A DNA stretch of 64,000 bases from Antechinus flavipes (Eukaryota), in contig NC_067400.1 in the NCBI RefSeq assembly GCF_016432865.1, positions 555,024,001 through 555,088,000 on the forward strand. Direction: 5' to 3'. The position numbers and the translations under genes were made by a program. Each line of letters starts with the position of its first letter. Positions within the stretch are counted from its first letter, which is position 1. Positions 49,425 through 62,600 of this stretch are shown piece by piece. Below the pieces are notes generated by a model. It ran no database searches. It was given only the letters and a program-made list of their open reading frames with translations, and was not told the origin of the DNA.

Positions 49425-50345
49425 CTAGGTAAATATTTGGATAATCTTCCTATTGATCTCCTTGATCTTCATAGTATAGACTCTGGGGTTAAACATAGGA
49501 AGAACATAGAGATAGGTACTGGCCATGAGGGTGTGAGTCAGAAGAGATAGATGCTTCCCAAAGAGATGAATAACAAAACCACCAATGAGTGGCACATAGA
49601 AGATGAACACAGCACAGCATATGGGTAACACAAGTGTTGAGTGCTTTTAGTCGACCCTCTCCAGAGGCAATGGACAATACTATATGTAGAATAAATGTAT
49701 AGGAAAGGAGGATAGAGAGTGAATCTGAACCTTTAGTGAAAATAACAGCAATAAGACCATAAAAGCTACTCACATGGATGCTGGCCTAGGCAAGGCATAT
49801 GACATCCTGGTGGAGACAAAAGGAATGGGAGAAGACATTGAAATAGTAGAAAGGTAGTTGCTTGATTAGAAAGACCACACAGACTGCCCTTGTGCAGTTG
49901 GATGGCTGACCCTATCTTACAAATTACCCCACTGGTAAGGATGGTGCCATATCTTAACGGGCTCCGTATAGCTACAACTCGGTCAAAGGCTATGGCCACC
50001 AGCACTCCCAGACTCAATGGCTGAAAAAGTGTGAATGAAGTATATCTGGACCAGGCAAGCATCAAAGGCAATAACTTTATAATCAAACCAGAAGATTCCT
50101 AACATGGAAGGCAAAGTGCAGAGAGCAAGGTCTGCGAGTGCCAGCACTCACAGGAAGTAGTACATGGGGATGTGCAGGGATGCTTCAGATTTGATGGTGA
50201 AGATGATGATGCCATTGCCTAAGATGGCAATAGCATAGATAAAACTCAGTGGGAGTGCCATCCAATAATACTCTTTTTCTAGTCCAGGGATTCCTGTCAG
50301 GACAAAATGGAAGTGCTGAAAGAAGGAGTGATTGGTGGCTGACTT
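49425..50345 (-). pseudogene. OR51H-subfamily-like pseudogene
   Basis: Reads (K)SATNHSFFQHFHFVLTGIPGLEKEYYWMALP...LHIPMYYFL*...ESG/VLVAIAFDRVVAIRSPLRY...KALNTCVTH/...HLFGKH...PMFNPRVY. The presumed ATG is AAG (50343-50345), there is a TGA at 50148-50150, and there are several frameshifts. Confidence 0.88.
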
Positions 50346-51369
50346 GGGCAGGGTCAGTAAAGATGAAGCTCTTGGAGCATACTCAGTAGCAAACTCTTAA
50401 AAAATGGTGCAGAAACAAGAGCATAGGTAGAACACCTCTGGGCATGTGTTAAATGGTCAGGATTGCTTAATTTAGGTTAGGCTGGGGTGGTAAAAAGTGA
50501 GGAGGAAAAAGGAGAATGTGGAAAAGTGGGTTCCCCTGAGAATCAATCAAATGAACCAGATCTTAATTCATGAACTCCATCTGCTATTGCTTCCTCCCTA
50601 AATTACCTTGTAGGTATGGATAATTGTGGATATGAAAGTTATTTAGTGCAATACTGTATAAACAATTTGAAGGTAGGGAAAGTCTTATTTATTGTACATA
50701 CCATTGCTAACACAGTGTCTGTCTTCCACTGACTTTCCTAGTATTGATAAAAATCTTAGCATTTTCACCATATAGGAATATAACAGTTTAATGTTATTGA
50801 ATGTTATGATTTGTTTCCTGTTTATCTTTTCATAAAATCTTCTCTTTAATCTTATATTAAAAGTCAAATGTTGTTTTTACTTTTGATCCTTCCATCAGGA
50901 ATATTTGAAACTTCTCTTTATCATTAAATATCTATTTTCCATTTGAAGGATTATACTTAGTATTGTGCATTGAAAAGAGTCCTGCCTTTGGAGTAACAGG
51001 AGTTTGGTTCAAAACTCATATCTGAAGTTAATTATTTGTGTGAACCCTAAAGAGTACTATTATGCTTGTTCATTAGTTTCTTTTTCAGTGGTAGTTGTAA
51101 AAGGGTTTCACATACAAAATAAGTGCTTAGAAACTATAAGATGCTCTCTCAGTTCAAGGTGTATCAGAGGCTATTATTAATCTAAGTCTCTTATACTGAA
51201 AAAGTCTCATCATCTGAATGAAACTTTTTATTTTGTCATCAGTGGGGATACTCTGAACACCTATTTAATGCATTGGGGTCTCACAATAAGATCTATTTTA
51301 TTTTTATTTTTTTGTAGAGACCAAACAATCACTAACACCATTGACTTTAAGAACTTTTAGAACTCTTGG

Positions 51370-52240
51370 ATGCTACATCTGGTCATTACTCTGCATTTAA
51401 ATTATCCATGTAAGGTTTAGAACAGCTAAGGTTTTGATCAAAATAAGAACTGGCACCTCTGACCTGAGGTGTGTGAGGGAAACTTAGGAAATAAAAATAT
51501 ATCTGCTTCAATCATAAAGAAAATAATCTATGTGCTATGTCATAGATTATTATAAAGGGCTGAAACTTTGAATAGGTGCACTTGAATCAGACAAGGGAGC
51601 ATTTAAGGCTAATTACCGATTGGCCAATGACTCTATTAGCAGATGTTTGGAATCGCTCCTTTCTCAGTTAATGCTGGCTCAATGTTTGGGGTTAAGAAAA
51701 TTGTAAGTAAAGATTAGGGATTGGAGTGACAGAAGCGAGAGAACTTCACTTTTCGCCAGGTCGAGGAGGAAAAAGGTTGGTGGTGAGCCTGTGACATTTT
51801 GTTTGTCTCCTTCACTTCTCCCCCGAAAGACCAAGGACTTTTACTTATCCTGACTCTGGCTGTTATTGAGGCCTCCAGGGAACTAGCCTGGACTTTACAG
51901 ATTATTTTCTTTACTGATTAAATTTTCTGAATTTCTGAAAATTCTTAAACTCTTCCTTTTATCTGATTATTCTTCAAATCTAATCCCAACACCTGAGCTA
52001 TCCTACAATTAATTGAAGCAACACTTGCTTCTTAGCTTTAGAGGCTTCTGCAAGGCACTCATTGGCTCTTTGGCTCTCTGATTTCTAGTTAATTTCAGTA
52101 TAGGTAGATGAGATGGATTGAGACTCTCACAGAAAATATGAAATGGATGTTACTAATATTAGTGGAGGGATTGCCAACCTTGGAGAAATCAGGGAACTTT
52201 CATATTATTCAAATGATTTACTCATATGAGACTGTCTAGT
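51370..52240. repeat. Module D: diverged partial copy of the distal part of modules A and B, interrupted by an LTR
   Basis: Direct match to about 37660-38130 and inverted match to about 5560-6030 (ATTATCCAT.TAAGG.TTAGAACAG, CTCTGACCTGAGG, AAGGCACTCATTGGCT). Confidence 0.8.
51551..51899 (+). mobile_element. ERV solo LTR with 6-bp TSD
   Basis: TATAAAGGGC...GGACTTTACA; TSD GATTAT at 51545-51550 and 51900-51905. Confidence 0.9.
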
Positions 52241-52801
52241 TGAATATTCCTTCCCCTGACCTTGTTTCACTTTTATAACTACAGTACCTTTGGTCCCCTC
52301 AGACCTAAGGCATATGAACTGAATTGAAATGATTGGTAATTGTTTGAGTAACTATGCTATGTATATATTTTTGTCAGTAACCTTTTTCTTCCACGATATG
52401 CATGCTTTCTATTGATAGGAAATAGTATTTCCCTTGTCCTTAAAATGTCTTTCCCAAATCCTTAGTACAACCTCTGCACATAGTATGATTCTGAGGACAT
52501 AAAGTAACATTAAATAATGAGAAAAGAAATAATGTCCTTCAGGAAAGAAGGGAAATTGAGTATTGAAAGGCCCTTATAAGTACTCATAGTCTCTGAATTC
52601 ATCTTTCTTGACTGAGGCTAAATTATAATAACATCTGGCTTTGATACATCCTCAAATGCATCATGGGTTCAGACCAGATGACTAGAGACCACAAAACTCT
52701 CATCTATATATTTCTGTCCTTACTCTGAGCTGCTAGGTCCCAAAGAGTTAAAATCAAGGCTTTAAATTGTTCTCAATTTTGAGTATTTACCAGAAAGCAT
52801 T

Positions 52802-53001
52802 TCCCCTTGGGAGATAACTTGTTGTTTAATGAAGATGATAAACTTGGAGTAATAAAAATTCCCTGGAGCCTAAGGGACAGAAGAAAAGCCTAATGGGAAA
52901 AATCCTCATAAAACAGAGGAAAGGACAAAGGCAGAAAGAATGAAAAGCAAAGCCTGCAGCCTGAGCCAAACTCCTTTCCCTTTTTGGTATAGCAGGTGAG
53001 A
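52802..53001 (+). promoter_or_regulatory. Candidate promoter and first exon for the OR51A-like gene at 56690
   Basis: O/E sites TCCCCTTGGGAG (52802-52813) and TCCCTGGAG (52860-52868), homeodomain site TAATGA (52827-52832), and donor CAG|GTGAGA (GT at 52996-52997). Confidence 0.4.
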
Positions 53002-54273
53002 TCTAGAAAGTTGTCTAAGGTTCCAACGCAGGTCCTCAAAATATTTTTTTCTTTTTTTTCATCCTAAGGAATCTATGAGGCATAGAGGGGCCTAGGCTTA
53101 AGATTTCAAGAGAAGTTTCACACTAAATGTATGAATCTGGGACACAGATTGAAATGTGGTCATTATGTTTATATGAGGAACAGGGAGACTGGTAAATTGG
53201 AGACAGACTCAAAATCTGTATGAAGTACTAAACAGTAAGGGAACTGTAACATGACTTTACAAAAATTAAAAACAAACCAAAAAAATCATCTATTCAGTAA
53301 CCAAATAATTATTCTGAAGATTTTTCCTAAAATATCCTCAGCAATCAAAGCTTAGAAAGTAGCACATTCCCCTATCACTATCATTAGCCTCTAAAGCCTT
53401 TTTTTTTTAAGTTTCTTTAACTCCTGAAAACAAGGAAAGGGATTGTAAACCTGACACTATTTCTGAGTTCTTACTCCCTTTACCAGCTTGTTCCCTTCAT
53501 TGCTATGACTTTAGCTCTCTATATGTGTTGATGTCTATTGCCTTTATTTTTAATTATCTTTTTACTCATGAGTAATAATTTAATTAACATCTGTTGCCTT
53601 CATTGGACCACTTTGCTACATCTGAAAAAAAAAACTTTACTTGGGGTCTTCCAGGACATTTTCAATATCCCTTCTAGCTCATCAAATATTTAGTGAGGCC
53701 TACTATGTTTAAGTTCAAATATTGGGAGCTTGAGATATAAAAATTGATATAATTGTCTAAGCTTCCAAAGAATTTATGAGTAAACCTTCACACACATACA
53801 CATACACACTCATACACATATATAATGTAATGTTCAATGTATACATATGTAGGATAATTAAATTTATTATTGTTATTATTACTATTATTAATAACCTTTA
53901 ATACTAAATTGAAGTAAATTTTCAGCTCATATGATCTTTCATATTATAGCTTTCTTTTCATGTAATTATTTGGAATTGAGTTCAGTGATACTGGAAACTT
54001 TACATAACTTATACTTTGAGTTTTCAACTTATGAAGGCACACAAAGGAAAGTAGAAACCCTGCCCTAACTTGCAGTGAAATTGGATAAAGAAAATATGCA
54101 TTGTGTTAAAATTGAAGTCTCTTTCAATTTACAATTTTGGATTAGATTTTCATTTGTAAAATTACTAAATTGCTAGATAATCTCTGAAAACGTGATCAGT
54201 CACTCCTTTTCACATATTACAAATTTATTTTCTCTTAAATTTGTAATGAAGAGTGTTTTCCTAATTCTAACCT

Positions 54274-55080
54274 CAATCAGAGAATGGTTCTTAACCTCTA
54301 CCAAAGCAAAACCCCTCTTTTCAATACTGAAATTCTACTGTGGTGACTAGATGATAGTGGAGTATAGAAAAGCAATTACCTATGAAGAACTAAGGGTGAA
54401 TATCTTATGGAGGGTAATGGAGATATAGTCAATATGAGCCAGCCATCATAAAATATTAAGGATGAAATTTGAAGAAGAGATGAATTCAAGGAATTTTATT
54501 ATAGGCAAAGAAGATGGACTGGTCATGTGGCAAGAATGAGAACTCATTACCAGACAATCTTGAGTATTAAACTATTACTCTCTCAATGTCAACAAAATGA
54601 GGAAGGCCTCCAATATACTGAGTGAATCTTCTGCGCTAAACTTTTGGAAGAACATGGATAAGAGTCATATAGTGAATAGATATAAATTGATTGGAAAAAA
54701 AGTTTAAAATCAAAGAGGTCACAAATGCGATGAGTAGTGTCAATTAGTTAGGCAGCATGGTGAGCCCCAGAATCAGGTATACCTAGTTTAAATTGCCTCT
54801 TCTAACAGATACTGGTAAGTAAACCTCTGTAAGTCACTTAATTTCTTTTCCCCTTAGTGTTTCACCTATTAAATTACTGAATAAATTACTGAAAAAAAAT
54901 ACCATTCTATGTTTTTAACTTTAGAAATATATAGAATAAAACAAAAACTAGAACTTCACTCAGAATGCTACTAACAGTTTAAGCCGTTTCTTGTTTTGTT
55001 TACAATAAGACTAGCAACTATCTTTAATCCTCTCTTCCCCCATTTTGTGTCCTATGTGTCCAGAATTATATGTCTATTTT
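54274..55080. repeat. Direct duplication partner of 20618-21375
   Basis: Collinear match; this copy has about 30 extra bases near 55025-55052. Confidence 0.9.
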
Positions 55081-56689
55081 CCCTGTCATCTTCCTGGCAC
55101 CAATTTCCATTTAAAATTCATTTGCATTTTCTTGCTCATTTTCAATTCTATGCCAAACTCATTGTTGATCCAATATTTTGGTCCAAGACACACATAGTGA
55201 TGAACAGACTCAAAAGTTTTAAAATTCACATGCATTATTTAGAGGAACTACATCTATAATTTTATTACTAGAAGGAAATTCAACTTACAGTTATCTTTTA
55301 AATTAATTCATAGTGAGAATGTTGAGATTAAGATGCCTGATTTCCTTTGATTTACCTGGTTACTTTAAAAGAAACTTACATTTATACTACCAATAATTAA
55401 TATTCATAGTTGCCCATTGGAACTGTGTGATTTTCACATTTAACAGTGTCTCTTATCATTGTAGGATTGAAAGGGAAATTTCTTCTCATAAAAAAAATGT
55501 TGCATGTGTTTCAACATAATAAATGGATTTTCCATTGATTAGTTCCCATTCTTGATACATAACTGTTCTACCTCTTTTCTGGATGTACCATTTTTTAGTA
55601 GAATGCCAGTGTCTATAGGAAGAGGTATTATAACAATTAAATATAATAGAAAATAGAAAAACAGCATGTAATAAAATAGTTTTAACTTTATCAATTAAAA
55701 CACACATCTATTGGTCAATTGGCATATTTATATTATCAGAAGTTACTTTAATATTAATAGATGGAATCCAAACTGTTTTATTTTTAATTACTTTCAGTCC
55801 TTTTCTTACAGGCTGTCACCATCCATTCAGAAAGGGAAAAAAAATGAACCTTGTGTGATTGAGGATCATTTTACTTTTTAAAAAAAAATTTTATGGGTAC
55901 CATAACTAAATTGTCAGTATATACTATGATAATAAACCTCTATTTATATATAGAAGTTTCCATGCTAACTCTTTATTTGGAATGATACTATAAAACATTT
56001 CAGCAGGGTAGAATCAATCAGAACTTGTGCTACTCAGCATATCTTCAGGTCATCTTCATGTCATAATGAGATATCAGAATAGGTTCATTTTTTAAGGTAA
56101 TTTTGTGTAGCTGTTACAAAATAAATGAGTTTTAATAAATAAAGCCTCCTTAAAATTTGAGATAGATGTCATAAATGTTATATCTATTTGAAAAAATTTA
56201 TAATTTTTAAATTAAATGAAAATATAGAGATGAAAAAATAACCCACTTTTCCCTCAAAAATGTTTAACGTCTACCAGGATATATATGAATTATACATACA
56301 CAAACAAATATAATTCAAGGTAGAGTATTTTAAAAGTAAAGCAGACATTTAAATAAAGGGGTCTAGGAAACCTTCAGAAAGATAAGCCATTTTTATTCAA
56401 GATTATATAATTACAAATTTCAATTCTAGGGAAAATGGAAGGAAATACATTTTATATAGCATCTTCTATGTACCTGGCCCTAGGCTACATGTCTTACTAA
56501 TAGCATCTTATTTAATCCTCTTCCCAATTAATTTTTTTATTTATTTTAGAAGAATGAACTGCAGAAACATAATTTTCCTTGTTAAACTTCTCATCTCTTC
56601 TTGCTATCAGACCAAAGAAACAGGAGTAAAAAAAAATCCACATTCTATGGCTATCATTTCAGATCTATGACGATATCCTCTGATTAGTC

Positions 56690-57628
56690 ATGTCAGCTGT
56701 CAATTCCTCTGATATTGAGATAACTACCTTCTTCTTGATTGGGATCCCAGGTCTTGAGAACTTCCACATCTGGATCTCAATCCCCATATGTCTCATGTAT
56801 CTAGTTGCCATCCTAGGCAACTGCACCATCCTCTTCATCATCAAGACAGAGACTTCACTCCATGAGCCCATGTACTATTTCCTCTCCATGTTGGCTGTAT
56901 CTGACCTGGGCCTGTCCCTCTCTTCCCTGCCCACTATGCTCAGGATTTTTTTATTCAATGCCACAGGAATCTCACCCAATGCCTGCTTTGCCCAAGAGTT
57001 CTTTATCCATGGCTTCACTGATATGGAATCCTCAGTCCTTTTGATCATGTCTTTTGATCGTTTTTTAGCCATCTGGAACCCTCTGAGATATAGTTCTATT
57101 CTGACTGGAGCCAGAGTCTCTAAAATGGGACTGGTTTTTCTCATTAAGAGCATGCTTTTAGTGCTCCCATTTCCTTTTACTTTAAAGAGGCTGACATATT
57201 GTAAAAAGAGTCTCTTGTCCCATTCTTACTGCCTTCATCAGGATGTCATGAAATTATCATGTTCTGATAATACTGTTAACTTTTTCTATGGTTTCTTTGT
57301 TGCTCTCTGTATGATGTCTGACAGTGTATTCATAGCCATATCATATGTACTTATACTAAAGACTGTAATGGGTATTGGTTCCCACAGGGAACGGCTTAAA
57401 GCCCTCAATACTTGTGTTTCTCATATCTGTGCTGTTCTCATCTTCTATGTGCCCATCATTACTTTAGCCTCTATGCATCGCTTTGGCAAGAAGTCACCAC
57501 TGGCACTGATCCTAATTGCAGATATTTTTCTGCTGGTGCCACCTCTAATGAACCCTATTGTGTATTGTGTGAAGACTAGGCAGATCAGAGAGAAAGTCCT
57601 GGGAAGGCTAGGTCTGAAGCAGAGATGA
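56690..57628 (+). CDS. Class I olfactory receptor, OR51A subfamily (312 aa, intact)
   Basis: Motifs LIGIPG, SLHEPMYYFL, QEFFIHGF, MSFDRF, SHSYCLHQD, HRFGKK and PPLMNPIVYCVKTRQIR; acceptor TCATTTCAG (AG at 56661-56662). Confidence 0.95.
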   Translation: MSAVNSSDIEITTFFLIGIPGLENFHIWISIPICLMYLVAILGNCTILFIIKTETSLHEPMYYFLSMLAVSDLGLSLSSLPTMLRIFLFNATGISPNACFAQEFFIHGFTDMESSVLLIMSFDRFLAIWNPLRYSSILTGARVSKMGLVFLIKSMLLVLPFPFTLKRLTYCKKSLLSHSYCLHQDVMKLSCSDNTVNFFYGFFVALCMMSDSVFIAISYVLILKTVMGIGSHRERLKALNTCVSHICAVLIFYVPIITLASMHRFGKKSPLALILIADIFLLVPPLMNPIVYCVKTRQIREKVLGRLGLKQR

Positions 57629-57719
57629 TGGATCCAGATTTGGGTTGTTATTTATAATGAGAGCAGAAGATTTTAAAAAATATATATGCCATAGAAAATC
57701 CTCTCACCAGCACCAAAAT

Positions 57720-57800
57720 TACCACCATCATCATTGATACCAACATAACCACTGTTATTATCACCACAATCATCACCATCAGTAACAACACCACCACTTT
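57720..57800. repeat. Degenerate (ACC/ATC)n repeat
   Basis: Direct inspection. Confidence 0.7.
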
Positions 57801-60359
57801 GATGGAGTCAAGGACAGACATTATCATCTTCCACTAGAGATTTCCTATCAGTTTAACAACAATCCTGAAAAGGCAAATCTAAAGATTCCCCTTCCTTTTC
57901 AACTCCCCTGCCTCCACCCACCAAAATCGTCATTTCCTATACAACACATCAGGACTTGCACAAAGAGTGGGCGGGGGCTATTCTTTCTCCAAGCTTATAT
58001 ATTAATAGAGTAAGGTCCAATTACTATTTAGCCTCATGTGCTTGGGATCTCAGTGCATCAACTCAAGCCTCAGCCCATTACACAATCCATTAATTATTAT
58101 TCTTTGAGTCAACTATTCTATCAATTTTGTATCCACCTTAATCTATTGCAATCTAGTTCATATCTTTCTATCTTATCTGTAATTAAATCATGAAAGTTAT
58201 TACATATTCTTTGATGAAATCCAAGTATATTGTATTTATGGAATTCCATTGATTGAGCAATATCTAAAGAGAAAATGAAAAGGAACATTTATTTAGCATT
58301 CATTATATTCCAGTACTTTGCTAAGTACTGAAAAACAAATAGAAACAAAAAGAAGACAACTCCTTCCCTTTAGGAATTTATGTATCTAATTATTCAATCC
58401 AATCCAATAAACTAAATGTACCTATTATGAGCAAGACATTGAATTGGCACCAGGAATACAAATAATATTCCTATGGCATGATAGCTATGTAGCCTAATGA
58501 ACGATAAAGGGAGATTTCCTTCTGATAAATCTAAATTGAACCTTAATGATCAGCACTGTACTTCCTCAGTAATGCTAATAAAATTGCTTTTAAATGTTTT
58601 AGAATTTTTCCAGAAATAATATATAAATTTACTGACTTAATTCTTTCTGAATGTTTCCTATTATTTTTCGAAAACTGAATAAACATTGGATGCCCCTAAA
58701 TCAAACATCATTAATACTGAATCACCAATTACACTTGACTTTTCAGGTTACATTTAAACTCCTATACTTGTCTTACTGATCTCGAGCTTTAAGGAATAAA
58801 TAGATGAAAAATTGAGCTCTCATTTCCAGTTTTGCCTCCTAACTTGTTTTATAATCTTGGGTATGCTCTTCAGCTTCCCTGGACTTCTGGGGATTTTTAT
58901 TTTTTTTAATTGTATAAATGAGAAACTAATGTCTGCGGATAACTAGATTATCCCAGAGGTAATTGAGGAACCCAGGCTTTACCTTTATGTATATTACTAA
59001 ATCCTCATAAAGACTGCTTATCTATCATAGATCAAATCTGAAAATATTCACAGAATGGCCACTTAATTCCAAGCATAGATTAACATTTAAAAATGAACCA
59101 AGGTTAAACCCCAAATTTTACTGGAAGCCATTCTAAATTCTTTCATGACACTACCAAAAAATACCTAACTCAAATTAAGTTCTGAGATAGTCACCTAAAA
59201 AAGAGATGAATATTCCTTACTTTGGACATAGGCTGATCTTCTCCAGCACTTAGGTCAAGAACAGAGCTATGGGCACAAACGAGGAAGAAAAAAATGCAAG
59301 GAATAGTTGAGAGGAAAAAAAAAACTGTAAGAAAGATAATGGAACTGAGATTCTGGTAGAGAAGAAAGAGCACTGATTCTGAATTGAAGTATTCTGTGAT
59401 GGGCAAAAATACTTAAGCTTTCTATACTTTTTCTCTTTATCAGCCCACTTTACAAATTTTTTTGAAAGATCATATGAACTGCTATATGGCAAAAATTCAC
59501 AAGTCATAAATTATATACATATAATACAATTTAGAAATACCTGATGGTGTATTATTTAGCAGAGAGCATATTCACCTATTCAGAGACTGAGAATATAAGA
59601 GATCACGTGAATTCTCAAGTTCACTTCTGACTTAAAAAATTTTAAGAGTGCTAAGGAGTAGTCCAGTCTCTTGCTGATTTCACCTTAATTAGCTGCTGAT
59701 GGAAAGAGAATGACATTTATAGTCATAACAATTGGTTATATATATATAACTTGGACAAGTTAATTATTCTCATCTTCTTCATCTATCAAGTGGGAATAAT
59801 AACTTTCAAATTCTCTGTTTCAGAAGGTTCTTTCTTTCTTTCTTTTTTGTTGCTAATATTTCTTTTTAAAATTTATTTTATTTTACTTCTAATTTATGGA
59901 ATAAAACAAGCATTTCTATAAGTTTTTTTTTTTTTTTTTACAAAAAGGTGACTTCATATCTATATATGACTTGCTATTCCTTTTTAATATATAACAAATT
60001 TATCATGTATATTTCTTTTTTTCCCAATGTAATACATTTAGTTATTCTCAAGTGATGCAATAATTCATTTGTTCACAAGATTATTTCAAGACTCAAAAGA
60101 GACTCAGAAGCATTGTATAACATATGAATTATCATTCTCTCTTTCCTCTTCCTCCTCATCAATTCTACCACCATCATCACATTTGGTACTATTTAAAATA
60201 TTTCAAAGTTACTTGAAAAACCCTTAAGGTCCATCAGCATATATCAAAAACATGAAGCAGTTCTCTCCAAAGACCTGAGCTTGTCCCTTGTAGTAGTTCC
60301 TTGACTACTTGTCCCTTATCTTCCATATCTAGCTGCAAGAATATTAAATCTGTTCCTTG

Positions 60360-60597
60360 AAGGCCTAATTCAGCTCAGGGTTTTATCTCTGGCAAAGCTC
60401 CACATTCACAAATAGGCTGGGGAGATTTCTGCTATTCCCCAGAGAATTTGTGGGAATAGTGTGAAATAGGAGGGGTGATATCTTTGTGGATGGATATAAG
60501 CTTTGGCCAGCAATCTGTTGAGCACAGAGGCTGAAGAGCCTCCATCTTGAGTCCATGCACATTTATCTCTTACATAGAGGTCTAGATCCTGGTAAGT
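60360..60597 (+). promoter_or_regulatory. Candidate promoter and first exon for OR51A7
   Basis: O/E-like TCCCCAGAGA (60436-60445) followed by the donor CTG|GTAAGT (GT at 60592-60593). Confidence 0.3.
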
Positions 60598-60880
60598 TCT
60601 AAATACTCCAGTGAAGTCCAAGAAATTTTCAAGAATAGGAAAATAATTACAGCTGGAAGTGAAGGTGGAAATGAGATCAAATTTTTCCTGAGATTTCAGG
60701 AATAATCCCCAAAATCTGAATCCATTTGAAGGGACCCAAGTATGTATGACTATAAGTGTGAGAAAGAATATATATAAAGGTACTTGGAATATATAGTATG
60801 CAATTGGGTGCTAACAAAGAGCATGAATATTAATATTCAGCTAAACACTGGACAGGATGATCTATGACCTCTGGAATTTT

Positions 60881-60882
<2 letters not shown>

Positions 60883-60918
<36 letters not shown>
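60883..60918. repeat. (GT)18 microsatellite
   Basis: Direct count. Confidence 0.95.
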
Positions 60919-60921
<3 letters not shown>

Positions 60922-62600
60922 AGGGGATTTTTCCTATATAATATATATGTGTAAGAGTGACTATATGTTTTCTCAGGAACACATATGTATGTGTATGGAT
61001 AAATACTAAAGTAAATGAGGAATGAAGTTTTGGAAGTGATTAAAGGTTAGTAGAGCCCTAAATCAGGGGAAAGGATAGGAGGGGAGCACATTCTGTTCAG
61101 TGACCATATAGATCTTAATGAAACTTTTCCTTTAATACTTTCAAGGCCCCAGACTTAAGAGTTTGAAAGATAGCATATACATTTCTGACAAGATGGAGAA
61201 GTAAAGAGGGTGGTGATAGAAAAATCTCAGCTCAGAATCCATGCAGATTATCTAGGAGCCAACTTGTATTGTCTTTGAGGAACTATGTCTTTGAGAAACA
61301 AGCTTTGAATTTTCTCCATGCTATGAAATTTATTAATAAGTCCCCTTGTTGAGTGTCATCAAAGCAATGGAGCAATAACTTTAGGACTTAAAAGAGTTCT
61401 GGAACAAGCAGACAAATACTCATTTTGTATTCTACCTCCAACAGGTCAGATCTAGAGTATTGTGTTCAACTGGGGAGGGTAAAAAGGGACTACCTTTTAA
61501 AAGGACATTGAATAGTTAAAAATTATCCAAAGGAAATGAACCAAGATGGTGAAGAATGAGAGTTTATGTTGCATTAAGATTTGTCGAAGTGAGATGTTTA
61601 AGTTAAAGGAGACTCAGTGGGAAACATGATAGGGCTTAATGTAGTACTGCCATGTCGAAGAAAAAATAGACTAGAATTTATAAATAGAAATAAGTGAAAG
61701 TAGCAAAGAAATAGATATGGGGATGAAGTAGGGGAAAATGTCCTAGAAACAAGTAGATCTAAGATCAAATTCTGGACATTTATTAGCTGTATGAACCTTG
61801 ACAAGTCATATAACCTCTATCTACTTCAGTTTCCTCATCTGTAAAATAAAGATAGTAAAAGTACCTATGCCCCAAGGTTATTGTGAGGATCAGAGGAGAG
61901 CATATTTATAATGCTTTGCAAACCTTAAAGCACTATATATTAATTACTAATATTAACAAAATTTGAGCTATACAAAAGCAGAGTGTGGTGAATTTAAAGA
62001 TAGTTCATTTCTCAAAAGTCCACTCATCTCTAATCGCATTACAGTCATCTGCGACATTTTATTTTGGGGCATAGGATGCCAAAGTTTGAAATTAATGTAC
62101 TTTCAATCTAATCCCCAACAAATTTAGAAATCCTTTCCATACCATGGCTAATGAGTACTTTTAAAATATTTATTTGAAAAACTCCATTGATGATGGGGAG
62201 CTTATTTTCTTATTTCCTCTGTCTTTCTATCTCTCTCCCTGCCTTTTCTCCTTCCCTCCCCTTTTCCTCATCCCTCATTTTCTATCTCTTTCCCTCCCTT
62301 CCTACCTCTCTTCATTCCTTTCTCTCAGTTCAAGGGTTCTTCAACTTTTTTGTGTATAATCTTTTGGAATTGTGGTAAAATTTATGGACCTTTTCTCATC
62401 ATAATGTTTTTTAAATGCATAAAGTAAAATATATAAGATTACAAATGAAATAATTTATATTTAAATATAGTCATCAAAATGTTTTAAAAGATCATTTAAT
62501 ATAAATTATACTGATCCTTTATGTAGCCAAAAGATGCACAGAACAAATCTCCATTCATATCATTTTAGATCTGGAAACAGAATTTGTCTTCCTTCTCATC

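Noticed and set aside
57966-57977. Isolated GC box (GGGCGGGG) downstream of the OR51A-like gene
   Set aside because: It is a single site with no CpG island, adjacent to old LINE-like remnants.
61116-61129. TAATGA overlapping AAACTTTTC, a motif I recall from the class I J-element enhancer
   Set aside because: At this base composition about 1-2 AAACTTTTC matches are expected by chance in 64 kb on two strands, and there is no supporting conserved cluster. It is not evidence for a J-like element.
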